Below, piece after piece: positions 23,508-34,073 of a DNA stretch of 64,000 nt. The number at the start of each line of letters is the position of its first letter. The first letter of the stretch is position 1. Origin of the DNA: a virus. Its lineage: Duplodnaviria > Caudoviricetes. The notes beneath the pieces were generated by a model. The model had not been told where the DNA came from. It ran no database searches and saw nothing but the letters and a program-made list of their open reading frames with translations. Location of the stretch: the IMG/VR virus record IMGVR_UViG_3300005541_000010, positions 825 to 64,824 of that record. One strand, 5' to 3'. Both the position numbers and the translations under genes were made by a program.

Positions 23508-23629
23508 GCGGCTTCGAGTGGACGGTGCTGATCATCTTCGCGCCCGCGGCCTATTGGGTGCTCAAGAGGTTGGATAACCTCAACGAATCGCTTGACGCGA
23601 TCAAAGACATTCTGAAAAATGGACGCTGA
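23504..23629 (+). CDS. 41-aa single-TM protein
   Basis: MSGFEWTVLIIFAPAAYWVLKRL; ATGA coupling. Confidence 0.5.
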   Translation: MSGFEWTVLIIFAPAAYWVLKRLDNLNESLDAIKDILKNGR

Positions 23630-23701
23630 AACTGCGCTTCACTTCACCTGAGGAATCCCGCCATGACGCATTAGGTACCACTCACGAGAGGGCCGAGCGT
23701 C

Positions 23702-24007
23702 ATGGATCGTTCACTGCGTCGCTACCGCAATCGGGTCGCCAAAGCCCATCGCGCGCGCATTCTGTGCCACCACTGGGGGTGGACCTATCTGGTTCGTCCC
23801 AGTTGGCGCGGATCGTTCCGCCACCACTGGCAGCCGATCGCAAAAGTCGTGATGAGCGAACGCGGACACAAATGGTGGCGCAAGCTGATGATGACGCGAC
23901 CGGATCGCTCCGTGGAACATCACCACCTGCGGCTGATCGCCCTGGGACGCGACCCGGATTCATTGTGGTTGCCCACGCACCGCGATCACTGGGATTACTA
24001 CTGGTGA
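23702..24007 (+). CDS. Basic His/Trp-rich 101-aa protein
   Basis: MDRSLRRYRNR...KWWRKLMMTRPDRS...DYYW. Confidence 0.6.
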   Translation: MDRSLRRYRNRVAKAHRARILCHHWGWTYLVRPSWRGSFRHHWQPIAKVVMSERGHKWWRKLMMTRPDRSVEHHHLRLIALGRDPDSLWLPTHRDHWDYYW

Positions 24008-24293
24008 CTTGACACTCCGTAGCACCGCACTGTAAAACGTCGCGCTTAGAGCTGCCCGCACCGGGCGGCGAGTTGGAAAACATGGTTCCTACGTCCCCAC
24101 AGGAGGGGACGGGCCTTCCACTCGCCGCATCCCCTCCTCAAGTCTCACCCCACGTGCCTGCACGATCACGCCCATTGATTGCTGGCGCGGTCTCGCACGC
24201 GATCCACCTCGCTCGCTTCGAAGCCGCACAGGCCGAAGGTATCGAACGCGCACGGTGGAAAGCCTACTGTCGTATGCGTGGGCTGAGCCGTTC

Positions 24294-24866
24294 ATGAGTG
24301 TTCCACGTGGAACCATCGAAGGCGCGCTCGGACAGGAGGAGACCAGTCCCGCCGTGTCCCCCGGTCCTGGACGCCCAAGCGAGTATAAAGTCGAGTTCTG
24401 CGAAGTAGCCGCCAAGATGTGCGCACATGGCGCCACAGACATGGAAGTTGCTGAAGAACTTGGCTGTCACCTCAGCACTCTCTATCGCTGGCAAGCGAAA
24501 CACCCGGAATTGCGCGAGTCCATGCGGCTCGGAAAAGAACCAGCGGATGAACGGGTTACGCGCTCGCTCTACCACCGTGCCGTTGGCTACAGCTACAACG
24601 CTGTGAAGATCATGCAGGACAAGGGATTCCCGGTCGTGGTGCCGTACATCGAACACGTCCCGCCGGACCCTGCCTGCGCCAGCCTATGGCTGACGAACCG
24701 CCTGCCACGCGAGTGGAAGCACACCAAGACCGTCGAGGTGAAGGACGATTCGAAGATGCTGGAGGCGGTGAACTCGATCATCGACCGCTTCAAGAAGCTC
24801 AAGTACGGGGATGTGGTGGAAGGCGAGGTCGTGCCGGCGGCGGCCATCACGAATGGGCACGGTTGA
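24294..24866 (+). CDS. terS: Terminase small subunit
   Basis: GRPSEY...GATDMEVAEELG...TLYRWQAKHPE HTH, HVPPD...WLTNR; directly upstream of terL. Confidence 0.88.
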   Translation: MSVPRGTIEGALGQEETSPAVSPGPGRPSEYKVEFCEVAAKMCAHGATDMEVAEELGCHLSTLYRWQAKHPELRESMRLGKEPADERVTRSLYHRAVGYSYNAVKIMQDKGFPVVVPYIEHVPPDPACASLWLTNRLPREWKHTKTVEVKDDSKMLEAVNSIIDRFKKLKYGDVVEGEVVPAAAITNGHG

Positions 24867-26361
24867 TGAGCTACGGGCCGAACTGGATGGCCTCCCGAAC
24901 GACCAGGCCCGTGCGCTGGTTGAGTGGCGCCTGCGCTTCCTGGACGCGGCACGACCGAAGCAGGTCATCGACTTCAGCGCCGATCCGCGCAACACCATCT
25001 TCGCCCATCCCGGCCGCGGCTGGGGCAAGAACGTCACCGGTGTCAACTGGATCTGTTGGGACCTGGCCTGCGAGCCGATGTTCGGCCACGTCATCGCGCC
25101 CACGCACAACGACCTGCGGTTCGTCATCTTCGAGGGTGAGAGCGGGATCATGCGCTGGGTGCCCCCCGTGCTCATCAAGCACTACAACTCCTCCGACATG
25201 GTGCTGGAGTTCTACAACGGCTCGATCCTGCGCGGGTTCAGCGCGGAGAAGCCGGAGCGGCTGCGCGGCCCGCAGTGCGCGCGCCTGTGGTCAGACGAGC
25301 TCGCCGCCTGGCTGCGCATGCGTGAGACCTACGACCAGGCACTGCTTGGCTTACGCTTGGGTAAGCGCTCCATGCACCTGATCACCTCCACTCCGCAGCC
25401 GAAGGAACTGATCCGCGAGCTGATCAACGACCCGAACGTCATCAAGATCGCCGGCCACCAGCGCGAGAATCGCGCGAACCTGTCCGCATCGTACCTGGAG
25501 CGCAATGCGCGCCTGGAGGGCACGCGCTTAGGCCGTCAGGAGTTGGCCGGCACGCTGCTTGATGCCGAGGAACTGGGCGTGGTGCGCCGCTCCCAGTGGG
25601 GCCGCTGGCCGCACGACAAGCCGATGCCGGCCTTCGAAATCATCGTCATGTCCCTCGACACCGCAATGTCCGAGGACAACATCGACGTGAAGAAGCAGAA
25701 GACCGACTACACCGCCTGCACGGTATGGGGCGGTTTCCGCGACAAGCCCAAGCTGGACGAGAAGCGCGAGCGCGACCTCGACAAGCCGCCGGTCGTCTCG
25801 AGCGCGAAGTCACGCGCGAAGATCCTGCTGCTGGACGCCTGGCAGGAACGCCTCGGCTTCCCGGACCTGATCGCGCGCATCACGAAGGAGAAGGATCGGC
25901 GCTACGGCGACGACACCACCATCCTGCGCCCGGTGTACGGGGACTACATGCCGACCGGCATGGGCCGCAAGCCCGACATCATCATCATCGAGGACAAGAA
26001 CTCAGGCCGCAGCGCCCGCCAGCAGCTGCGCGTCGAGAACATCCCGGTGGTGCCGTACAACCCCTGCGACGACAAGTACATGCGTCTGAACCTGGTGGCG
26101 CCGCTCTTTACCGAAGGCTACGTCTATGCAGTAACCAGCGAGACACGCCCCGGCGAGTTCAAGAACTGGGCCGAGCAGGTCGTCATCAGCCAGGTCTGCT
26201 CGTACTCCGGTGAGGGTTCGCTTGAGCACGACGATGGGCTGGACTCCGCCACGCAGGCGCTACTGTGGCTGGAACGAAACTGGTTGCGCCTCGAGCCGCC
26301 CGTTTATCAGCGCCGCGGCATCACGCGCACACCGGAAGGGCAGAATCCCTATGCGAGCTGA
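24853..26361 (+). CDS. terL: Terminase large subunit
   Basis: GRGWGK Walker A, LRGPQ...WSDE Walker B, ITSTP, RQEL.G, SLDTA and HDDGLDSATQAL nuclease motifs. Confidence 0.95.
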   Translation: MGTVDELRAELDGLPNDQARALVEWRLRFLDAARPKQVIDFSADPRNTIFAHPGRGWGKNVTGVNWICWDLACEPMFGHVIAPTHNDLRFVIFEGESGIMRWVPPVLIKHYNSSDMVLEFYNGSILRGFSAEKPERLRGPQCARLWSDELAAWLRMRETYDQALLGLRLGKRSMHLITSTPQPKELIRELINDPNVIKIAGHQRENRANLSASYLERNARLEGTRLGRQELAGTLLDAEELGVVRRSQWGRWPHDKPMPAFEIIVMSLDTAMSEDNIDVKKQKTDYTACTVWGGFRDKPKLDEKRERDLDKPPVVSSAKSRAKILLLDAWQERLGFPDLIARITKEKDRRYGDDTTILRPVYGDYMPTGMGRKPDIIIIEDKNSGRSARQQLRVENIPVVPYNPCDDKYMRLNLVAPLFTEGYVYAVTSETRPGEFKNWAEQVVISQVCSYSGEGSLEHDDGLDSATQALLWLERNWLRLEPPVYQRRGITRTPEGQNPYAS

Positions 26362-27285
26362 AGTCAAAGTAGACGACCACCTGCTCGAGCAGGCACTCAT
26401 CGACATCGCGAACGCCACCGATGCCAGCGGTCTCAAGATCATGCTGCACGGCGGCGGGATCACGCCGCGCGACTTCCGCCGCTCAATTATCCGCCTTGTG
26501 AACACCATGCACGACGAGGCGGTCTGGCTGCATCCAGACGGTGAGCGCACATGCGCCCGCAACCTCGGCTTGCTCGTGCGCGGCTGGCGCCTGAGCCTCG
26601 GCCGCGAAGACATCGACGGCTTCTTTGACCTGGCGGCTCTGCGCAATGTGCGCAAAGGCGCTGGGTACTAACCACAGGAGATGACCATGTACGGCAACAC
26701 CACGGCGTCGCAGAGCGGCGCAATCACCGGCCCAGTAAACACGATAAACGCCCCCGATAGCGCGCCGAACACGGAGATCGAGGATCACATCGACGGTCTG
26801 AGCGAGTTGGTGGGACGCCTTCAGACGGCAGTCACGCGGACTCGCCGCTGCGCGGATCGGCTGATCGGTGAGGAGCCGACACCGGTCGGAAACAAGGAAG
26901 GGGTTGGCCAGCCGACGCCCACGAAGATCCCGCTCATGGTGCGCGTCCGCGATCACGGACACTCGATCGCCGCGCTCGTTAGCGAGCTCTACCGCCAGAT
27001 CGAGCGCCTGGAGCGCGTGTGATGGGCGAGCGTACGCAGAAGCGCATCGAGGAGCTGGAGCGCAAAGTCCGCGAACTCGAAGCGCGCCCGATCGCCTATC
27101 CGCCGGTGTACGTGCCGTATCCGGTGCCGTACATCCCACCGTATCAGCCGCTTATGCCGGCACCGTGGGTGCCTTGGTACATCGGTGACACAGTTCGCGT
27201 CGGCGACGCGGTGCCGGTCACGACCACCGGTGGGGCCATCGGCATCGCTGGCTTCCCTGGTACCGCGGTAGCGATGAATGGCTGA
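26351..27285 (+). CDS. Three small genes between terL and portal (26351-26671, 26681-27022, 27019-27285)
   Basis: Coupled ORFs with SDs; third has a coiled coil plus a Pro/Tyr-rich tract. Confidence 0.55.
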
Positions 27286-29881
27286 TCCGCGCGATCGCCA
27301 AGACGACGAGGCGCAGGTTCTCCAGAACCTGATCGACCAAGGCACGGCACCGACCGAGCCTGATTCGCCGGCCGAGGACGAGACCGTCACGGAGAACGCC
27401 GACGGCTCCGCCACCATCACCAAGAACGGTGACGGTGGGGACGGCAAGCGCAAGAAGTTCTACCGCAACCTGGCGGCGGAACTACCGGAATCGGAACTGC
27501 AGCGCATCTCGGAAACGCTGCTGCGCCTGATCGAGGACGACAAGAAGGCACGCGAGGAGCGCGACAAGCAGTACGAGGAGGGCCTGAAGCGCATGGGCCT
27601 GTCCAAGGACACGATCGGCGGCGCGAACTTCATCGGTGCCTCGATCGTCGCGCACCCGATGTATACCCAAGCGTGCATCGACTTCGAGGCGCGTGCCATC
27701 AAGGAACTGCTGCCGCCGTCTGGTCCGGCGCGCGAGTTCGTACCCGGTACGATCACCACCGAAAAGTCCGATCGCGCGCGGCGCAAGGCGAAGTGGTTCA
27801 ACTACCTGTTTCTCAACAAGATGCCAAATTTCCGGCCCGACATGGAGCAGCTCCTGATGCAGCTGCCGATGTCCGGGGACCAGTACCTGAAGTTCCTGCC
27901 GCCCACGAACAAGTTCCGCGTCGAGCATGAGTGGGTGCCGGTGGACGAGATGCTGCTGCCCGAAGCCGCCTCGAGCTTCTACGCGGCCGAGCGGCGCACG
28001 CACGTGCAGTCGCTCACCTCGATGCAGTTCGGCGCGCGTGTGAAAAACGGCATGTACCGCGACGTGCCGGCGATGCCGCCGACGCCGGAGGCGAAGACCG
28101 AGACCCAGGAAGCGGCCGCGAAGATCGAGGGCAAGGAAGGCACCGAGGAGAACATCGACAAGTCGCGCACCGTGTACGAGTGCGACTGCCTGTTCCAGAT
28201 CCCGGTCGAGGACAACCCGCAGATGGCGAGCGAGATTGAGGGACTACCGTACCTCATCTCGCTGGACCCAGGCACGCGGCAGACGCTCGCGGTCTACCGC
28301 AATTGGGACGAGAAGGATGACGATGCGGACCGCCTGGAGTGGACCGCAGACTTTGGCTTCATCCCCTTCCGCGGCGCCTATCACATCGGCTTCCCGCACA
28401 TCATCGGGGGGCTGGCGATCGCGGCGACGGGTTCGCTGCGCGCGCTGCTCGACTCCGCGCACATCAACAACCTTGCGGCACTCCTGAAACTCAAGGGGCC
28501 TGCGGGCACCGGCCAATCCATTCAGCTGACGCCAGTCGGGGTGACAGAGATTGAAGGCACGAGCGAGGTGGACGACATCCGCAAGCTCGTGATGGCGCTG
28601 CCGTTCAACCCGCCGTCCGAGGTGCTGTTCCAGCTCTTAGGGTTCCTCGACACCAAGGGCGCCCAGGTGGTGAAGACCACGCTGGATGAGTCGAACGACA
28701 ACGCCAACATGCCGGTCGGCACGCAGATGATGCGCATTGAGCAGGGCATGGTGGTCTTCAGCGCGATCCACCAGCGCCTGCACGGCGCGATGGACAAGGT
28801 GCTGCGCATCATTCATCGCCTGTGCGGCACGTACCTGAACGACGCGGATGTGATGAACGAGCTGGGTGAGCAACTCGTCACACGCAGCGATTTCCAGGGC
28901 GTCTCGGATGTGCTGCCGGCGTCCGACCCGAACATCTTCTGCGAATTACAGCGCTACGCGCAGGTGCAGACGGTCGCACAGCGCTCGCAGCTGCTGCCGC
29001 AGGTGTACGACCTGCGCAAGGTCGAGGAACTGATCCTCAAGCAGATGCGGCTGCCGAACGATGGCAAGGACCTCCTGGTGCCGAAGCCGGAAGCGATGCA
29101 GATGAATCCGGTGAATGAGAACGTTGCGCTCGCGATGGCGCGTCCGATCGTCGCCTTCCCGGAGCAGGATCATGACGCGCACATCCAGGCGCACTGTGAG
29201 TTCCTGCAGAACCCGATGTTCGCGATGATCGTCGGCTCCACGCCGCAATCCGCGTCCGCGCTGATCCAGCACCTGAAGGAACACATGTCCTTCTGGTACG
29301 CGATGCAGGTCCACAAACTCGCAAGCGACGCCGCGACCAAAGTCGCAAAGGAGAAAGACCCGAAGTCCGGGCGCGTAGACATCGGCACGCTGCCGCAGCA
29401 CTCCCCACAGGACCCGGAAGTCGGCCAGCTCTACGACCAGATGCTGGTGAAGGCGTCCACCCAGGTCATGCAGCAGGCATCCCAAGACACCGGCATCAAG
29501 ATGGCCGTCGAGGTCATCCAGAAGCTCCAGCAGGCGCTGCAGCAGATGCAGCCGCCACCGCCGATGGACCCCGGCCAAGCCGCGATGGCCGAGACGCAGC
29601 GCAAAGCTGCCAAGGACAAGTCGGACGCCGCGCTCAAGGGCCAGGAGCTGCAGCAGGACGGCCAGCAGGGACAGGCCGACAACGCCGCGAAGCTGCAGCA
29701 GACCGCGCTCGAGAACCAGGGCCGTCAGCAGACGCAGGATATGGCCGACCAGACCAAGCTCACGACCACCGCGCTCGACAACACCACGGCCGAGAGCATC
29801 GCCACCGAGAAGGCCCTCACCGGCGCCTCCACCAACCTGAAGGACGGAGAAGCGGTCGGCAAGGGCACACCGAAACCGTAA
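27278..29881 (+). CDS. Portal protein, P22-like
   Basis: 867 aa after terL; DKKAREERDKQYEEGL, HP...ACIDF.ARAIKEL, LLDSAHINN, Gln-rich helical barrel tail. Confidence 0.9.
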   Translation: MADPRDRQDDEAQVLQNLIDQGTAPTEPDSPAEDETVTENADGSATITKNGDGGDGKRKKFYRNLAAELPESELQRISETLLRLIEDDKKAREERDKQYEEGLKRMGLSKDTIGGANFIGASIVAHPMYTQACIDFEARAIKELLPPSGPAREFVPGTITTEKSDRARRKAKWFNYLFLNKMPNFRPDMEQLLMQLPMSGDQYLKFLPPTNKFRVEHEWVPVDEMLLPEAASSFYAAERRTHVQSLTSMQFGARVKNGMYRDVPAMPPTPEAKTETQEAAAKIEGKEGTEENIDKSRTVYECDCLFQIPVEDNPQMASEIEGLPYLISLDPGTRQTLAVYRNWDEKDDDADRLEWTADFGFIPFRGAYHIGFPHIIGGLAIAATGSLRALLDSAHINNLAALLKLKGPAGTGQSIQLTPVGVTEIEGTSEVDDIRKLVMALPFNPPSEVLFQLLGFLDTKGAQVVKTTLDESNDNANMPVGTQMMRIEQGMVVFSAIHQRLHGAMDKVLRIIHRLCGTYLNDADVMNELGEQLVTRSDFQGVSDVLPASDPNIFCELQRYAQVQTVAQRSQLLPQVYDLRKVEELILKQMRLPNDGKDLLVPKPEAMQMNPVNENVALAMARPIVAFPEQDHDAHIQAHCEFLQNPMFAMIVGSTPQSASALIQHLKEHMSFWYAMQVHKLASDAATKVAKEKDPKSGRVDIGTLPQHSPQDPEVGQLYDQMLVKASTQVMQQASQDTGIKMAVEVIQKLQQALQQMQPPPPMDPGQAAMAETQRKAAKDKSDAALKGQELQQDGQQGQADNAAKLQQTALENQGRQQTQDMADQTKLTTTALDNTTAESIATEKALTGASTNLKDGEAVGKGTPKP

Positions 29882-29897
29882 CCAGGAGTTCACTGAC

Positions 29898-30062
29898 ATG
29901 GCATCGAAGAAAGAGCAATCGGGTCAGACCCGCCAGCACTACGACTACGCGCGCACCGGCTCCGTGCCGGGCGTCGGCAGCATCGGTGGTGCGTCGCTAC
30001 CGAAATCTCAAGAACACAGCCGCGGCGGCAAGGTGAAGAAGCCGCACGGCCGGGGACGCTGA
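29898..30062 (+). CDS. 54-aa basic protein with SRGG motif
   Basis: AGGAG SD; MASKKEQSGQTRQHYDYARTG...HSRGGKVKK; not in the ORF track. Confidence 0.65.
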   Translation: MASKKEQSGQTRQHYDYARTGSVPGVGSIGGASLPKSQEHSRGGKVKKPHGRGR

Positions 30063-30063
30063 C

Positions 30064-30282
30064 ATGGACGAGCTCCTCGCGCGCCTGCAGAAGGCGCTGG
30101 AAGTCGCCGAGCACGCCTGTTGCGTGACGCGCCCGAATGCCGGTGACGACCTCGGCTACCACCTCGGGCGTCTCCAAGGCAAGGTCGCCGGCCTCACTGA
30201 CGCGCTCGCGATGGTCACTGACTTTGCCCAGGAGGATCAGGGCGACTTCGGTGATGACAACGAGCAGCAGCGGGTAGCGTGA
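30064..30282 (+). CDS. 72-aa hypothetical protein
   Basis: MDELLARLQKAL...YHLGRLQGKVAGL. Confidence 0.65.
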   Translation: MDELLARLQKALEVAEHACCVTRPNAGDDLGYHLGRLQGKVAGLTDALAMVTDFAQEDQGDFGDDNEQQRVA

Positions 30283-30761
30283 TGCAGCAGAACTTCGCCA
30301 GCGGCGCCACGTTCGAGTTCCAGACGCTTGAGGAGGCGTTCCCTGGGCCAGCGGAGGGATGCGACCCGCTCACGGAACCGTTGCCGCACCTGGTGCTCCT
30401 GCAGATCCGGCGCGCGAAGAACGTGACGGCCGGCGGCATCGCGCTGCCCGAGGAAGTGCAGCAGGCAGAAGCCGGCAACACCCAGGTCGCGAAGGTTATC
30501 GCGATCGGGCGCAACTGCTTCAAGCATCCCGACAGCGGCAAGGACTGGCCGGAGGGCGCATGGTTCAAGGAGGGGGATTACCTGCGCATCCCGAAGTTTA
30601 ACGGCTTCCGCTTCTCGGTGAAGTGGGTGGTGCCGAAGAAGTGGGACTCGCGGCGTGACAACGGCAAGTCGATCGAGGACGTGGTGTTCGTCATGTTCGA
30701 GCCCATCCAGCTGACCGGAAAGGTGCGCGGCGATCCGCGCGCGATCACGGCTTACGTTTAA
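30279..30761 (+). CDS. GroES/Cpn10-like protein
   Basis: VLLQI...TAGGIALPE...AKVIAIG...W.KEGD...PK..G pattern. Confidence 0.8.
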   Translation: MMQQNFASGATFEFQTLEEAFPGPAEGCDPLTEPLPHLVLLQIRRAKNVTAGGIALPEEVQQAEAGNTQVAKVIAIGRNCFKHPDSGKDWPEGAWFKEGDYLRIPKFNGFRFSVKWVVPKKWDSRRDNGKSIEDVVFVMFEPIQLTGKVRGDPRAITAYV

Positions 30762-30769
30762 GGTGATTT

Positions 30770-31897
30770 ATGCCCAAGACTACATTCGCTGAAGCCCTCG
30801 ACGGGGACGACGAGAACCGCCAGACCAACGAAGGCGGCCCGGTCACCGACGACGAAACGCCCGAAACCCCGGAGACGCCGGAGGGCGAGACGCGCGAGGA
30901 GACGCAGGTCGAGGAACGCGAAGACACGCGCGTCGGCCGCAGTGAAGACGGCGAGCGCACCGAGGCGGACGACACGCCGGACGCACGCGACACACCCGAG
31001 CAGGCGCGTCACAAGCGCACTTCACGCGAGCGCCGCGACGCCCGCAAGCGCTATCAGCAATCGCTGCGCGCGGAGAACCAACAGCTGCACGGCGAGGTGC
31101 AGTCGCTCATGCAGCGACTGGCGGCGGTGGAGACCGGCCAGGGCGATTCGCGCCTCGCACTACTTGACAGCGACCTCAAACGGTGTTCCGATGAGCTGGC
31201 AACGGCTGATCGCGTCTATGAGAACGCCCTCAAAGCGGCGGGAGCAGGAGTAGAAGGGGCGGCTGGAGATGTAGTCCAGGCCACCCGACTCCGCGAAGAA
31301 GCTCGGGACCGACAGCGGCAGTTGCAGTTTGATCGCCAGCGGTTGACCGATGCGTTGACCCAGGCACGCAACCAGCCCACTCCCACGCTGCCCGCTCCGG
31401 GTAGCGCTCAAGCCGACCGACTCGAGGCCCAGTTCCGGGCCGACCGTCCGTGGCTCCAATTCGATCGCCAAGGCGCCCCGCTGAATATCGAAAGCGGTGT
31501 CGCACGCACCATCGGAGTCGCCATGCGGGCCCAGGGCCTGGATTCCTCCAAGCCCGCGTACTGGGCAGAAATGGACCGCCGCCTGCGCGGGGCCCTGCCG
31601 CAGATGTTCGATGACGATGTGACCGAGGATGAAGGCCACGACGATGAGGACGAGACGGGCGACGACGAGCAGCAAGGGGAGCGAGGCAACACGCAGCAGC
31701 AAGGTCGGCAGCAGCCGACGAACCGCGACCGGGGGCCGCCAGTAGGGCGCTCGGGGCGCAACTCCGGGGCGAACCGCAACACGGCGGTAATCCCGAAGGA
31801 AATTGTCGAAGCCTTGAAAGAGGCGGGGATGTGGGACGACCCGAAGGAACGCAAAGAGGCACTGGCCTACTACCGCGCCGCCGGGACGATCAAGTGA
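30770..31897 (+). CDS. Scaffolding protein
   Basis: Acidic N-terminus, long coiled coil, WF-type domain, C-terminal AL..AG.WDDP. Confidence 0.75.
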   Translation: MPKTTFAEALDGDDENRQTNEGGPVTDDETPETPETPEGETREETQVEEREDTRVGRSEDGERTEADDTPDARDTPEQARHKRTSRERRDARKRYQQSLRAENQQLHGEVQSLMQRLAAVETGQGDSRLALLDSDLKRCSDELATADRVYENALKAAGAGVEGAAGDVVQATRLREEARDRQRQLQFDRQRLTDALTQARNQPTPTLPAPGSAQADRLEAQFRADRPWLQFDRQGAPLNIESGVARTIGVAMRAQGLDSSKPAYWAEMDRRLRGALPQMFDDDVTEDEGHDDEDETGDDEQQGERGNTQQQGRQQPTNRDRGPPVGRSGRNSGANRNTAVIPKEIVEALKEAGMWDDPKERKEALAYYRAAGTIK

Positions 31898-31908
31898 GGA
31901 GTGATGCG

Positions 31909-32439
31909 ATGACTGCCACTGAAGACGGACGCCTGGGACACGAATCCCGCGAGACCGACCGCCCCACGCGCCTCTCGGCCACCGACACGCGCGGCCTGTC
32001 CTTCGAGGAACGCATGTCCGCCTTCCGGGGCGAGATGTACTCCAATGTGCTACCGACGCTCCCGAAGATTGACGGCCACCACGTGTGCTGGGTGTCCACC
32101 ACCAGCCAGAACGATACGGTCCAGCGGCGCGAGTCGCAGGGATACGTGCGTATCTCGCCTGCGGAAGTTCCGGGGTTTGAGCACGTCACCGTGACCTCCG
32201 GTCCTTATGCCGGGTGCATCACGTTGAACGAGATGATCGCGATGAAGATTCCGCTGCGCCTGTACTACGGCTACATGCAGATCGCACACGCGGAGCGCCC
32301 GATGGAGCACCAGAACAAGATGGGCTCCACGTTGCAGAACATGCGCCACAACGGCGACGGCGTGAAGATCGAACTCGCCGACGGCAGCCAGTCATTCATG
32401 AAGGCGTCGGCCGAGCCGCGCCCGCAGTTCACCGAGTAA
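31909..32439 (+). CDS. Conserved head-module protein
   Basis: LPKIDGHHVCWVSTT...GY..I..E....M.MK.P pattern; between scaffold and capsid genes. Confidence 0.65.
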   Translation: MTATEDGRLGHESRETDRPTRLSATDTRGLSFEERMSAFRGEMYSNVLPTLPKIDGHHVCWVSTTSQNDTVQRRESQGYVRISPAEVPGFEHVTVTSGPYAGCITLNEMIAMKIPLRLYYGYMQIAHAERPMEHQNKMGSTLQNMRHNGDGVKIELADGSQSFMKASAEPRPQFTE

Positions 32440-32458
32440 CCGGAAAAGGTAACCGCCC

Positions 32459-33130
32459 ATGCCCGCCCTCCAATCCGCGTACGGCCTGCAGCCTGTTTGG
32501 CACCCATCCGGCCAGGTCCGCCGTCTCGCCTTCGACAACGTGCTGTTGTCCACGATGAACGTGCCGATCTATCAGAACACCCCCGTCAAGTTCGTGATCG
32601 GCACGGGCGCGGCCATTGCCGGCGTCACGGTGGCAACCGGACAGATGGTCATTCAGCCGGTCGCCGCAAACACGGACGCCTTCTGCGGCATCTTTGCCGG
32701 CGTTGAGTACCAGGACGCGAACGGCCGCGGCCAGGAGTCGTCCTACTGGGGCGCCTCGACCGCGCTCTACACGAACACCGTGGCGCGCGTGTACCTGATC
32801 GGCACCGAGGACCCGCTCACGGTCTACCAGATCCAGTTTGACGGCGCGCTGAACACGGGTTCGAACCTGTATTCCTTCGCCGGCAAGCAGGCGAACTTCA
32901 ACTCCACCGACATCTCCGCCACCGCGCCCGCCGGCAGCACCGGCGCGGGTGGATTGTCGGCCTGTCGCGCCTCCGCGTCGCTCGTGGCGACCGGCTCGCA
33001 GGGGCAGCTGCGTCTGTGCAGCAACCCGCAGGGGTCACCCGTCAACGCGCCGAACGATGCCTTCCCGAACATGTACGTGCAGATCGCGAAGCACCAGTTC
33101 GGGTTCGGCAGCGTCATCACCTCGCTGTAA
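32459..33130 (+). CDS. Capsid decoration/cement protein
   Basis: YGLQPV...GIFAGVEY...DP..VY.IQ; directly before the MCP. Confidence 0.65.
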   Translation: MPALQSAYGLQPVWHPSGQVRRLAFDNVLLSTMNVPIYQNTPVKFVIGTGAAIAGVTVATGQMVIQPVAANTDAFCGIFAGVEYQDANGRGQESSYWGASTALYTNTVARVYLIGTEDPLTVYQIQFDGALNTGSNLYSFAGKQANFNSTDISATAPAGSTGAGGLSACRASASLVATGSQGQLRLCSNPQGSPVNAPNDAFPNMYVQIAKHQFGFGSVITSL

Positions 33131-33142
33131 TCAGGAGCCAAC

Positions 33143-34060
33143 ATGGCCGTCCCTCTGCAATCCAGTCTGTTCAAGAGCGTCGTTGAGCCGATCATCAACA
33201 AGGTCTTCGACGGCATCTTCAAGCAGCGCACGCCTGAGTGGAACCAGGTCTTCACTCAGATCACGGGTACGCCACGCTCCTACCACGAGGAGCCGGTGCT
33301 GTACGGCTTCGGGGCCGCTCCCGAGGTGCCGGACGGCCAGCCGGTCACCTACGGCCTGGGCGGCACGAACTTCATCAAGCGCTACCCGTATTACGTGTAC
33401 GGACTCGCGTTTGCCATCACCAAGGTGCTGGCGGAGGACGGCGACCACATCCGCATCGGCAAGACCTACGGGGAGCACCTGGGCCAGTCGATGATCGAGA
33501 CAAAGGAACTCCTGCCGGCGAACGTGCTGAACCGCTCATTCAATGGCGCGTACCCGATGGGCGATGGCGTGTCGCTGATCAACCCCGCCCACCCGATCCC
33601 TGGAGGCGGCTCGTACTCGAACCAGCTCACGACCGCGGCCGCCCTCTCGCAGACTTCGCTCGAGCAGGCGCTCATTCAGGTGCGTTCGGCGACGGACGAC
33701 ACCGGCAAGCGCATTCAGCTGGAGCCGCGCAAGATCGTCTGTGCCCCGTCGAACGTCATGCAGGCGGAAGTTCTGCTCAAGAGCGTCTTGCGCACCGGCA
33801 CCACGAATAACGACGTGAACCCGGTGAAGTCGCTGGCGCTCCTGAAAGGCGGCCAGGCGAACCTGTCACGCCTCACGTCCAACACCGCCTGGTGGATTCT
33901 CACCGACGCGCCACACGGCTTGCAGCTCGTCATGCGCCGGCCGCTGCAACGCTCGGGCGAAGGCGACTTCGAGACCGACAGCGCACGCTACAAGTGCATG
34001 GAGCGGTACGCGGTCGGGGCGACTCAGCCGCGCGCGCTGTACGGAACGCCTGGTCAGTGA
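33143..34060 (+). CDS. Major capsid protein (Mu gpT-like, HK97 fold)
   Basis: 305 aa; YHEEPVLYGFG.AP...G, YGLAFAITK, NVLNRSF, GDFETD..RYKC.ERY..G...PRALYGTPG. Confidence 0.9.
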   Translation: MAVPLQSSLFKSVVEPIINKVFDGIFKQRTPEWNQVFTQITGTPRSYHEEPVLYGFGAAPEVPDGQPVTYGLGGTNFIKRYPYYVYGLAFAITKVLAEDGDHIRIGKTYGEHLGQSMIETKELLPANVLNRSFNGAYPMGDGVSLINPAHPIPGGGSYSNQLTTAAALSQTSLEQALIQVRSATDDTGKRIQLEPRKIVCAPSNVMQAEVLLKSVLRTGTTNNDVNPVKSLALLKGGQANLSRLTSNTAWWILTDAPHGLQLVMRRPLQRSGEGDFETDSARYKCMERYAVGATQPRALYGTPGQ

Positions 34061-34073
34061 CAGGAGCATCCTG

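Noticed and set aside
24009-24038. Late promoter upstream of terS
   Set aside because: TTGACA is perfect but the best -10 (TAAAAC at 18 nt) is poor; not enough to call.
24379-24388. Third partial copy (GCGAGTATAA) of the promoter-associated 11-mer inside terS
   Set aside because: Explained by coding of the conserved GRPSEY motif; no independent support as an operator or pac site.
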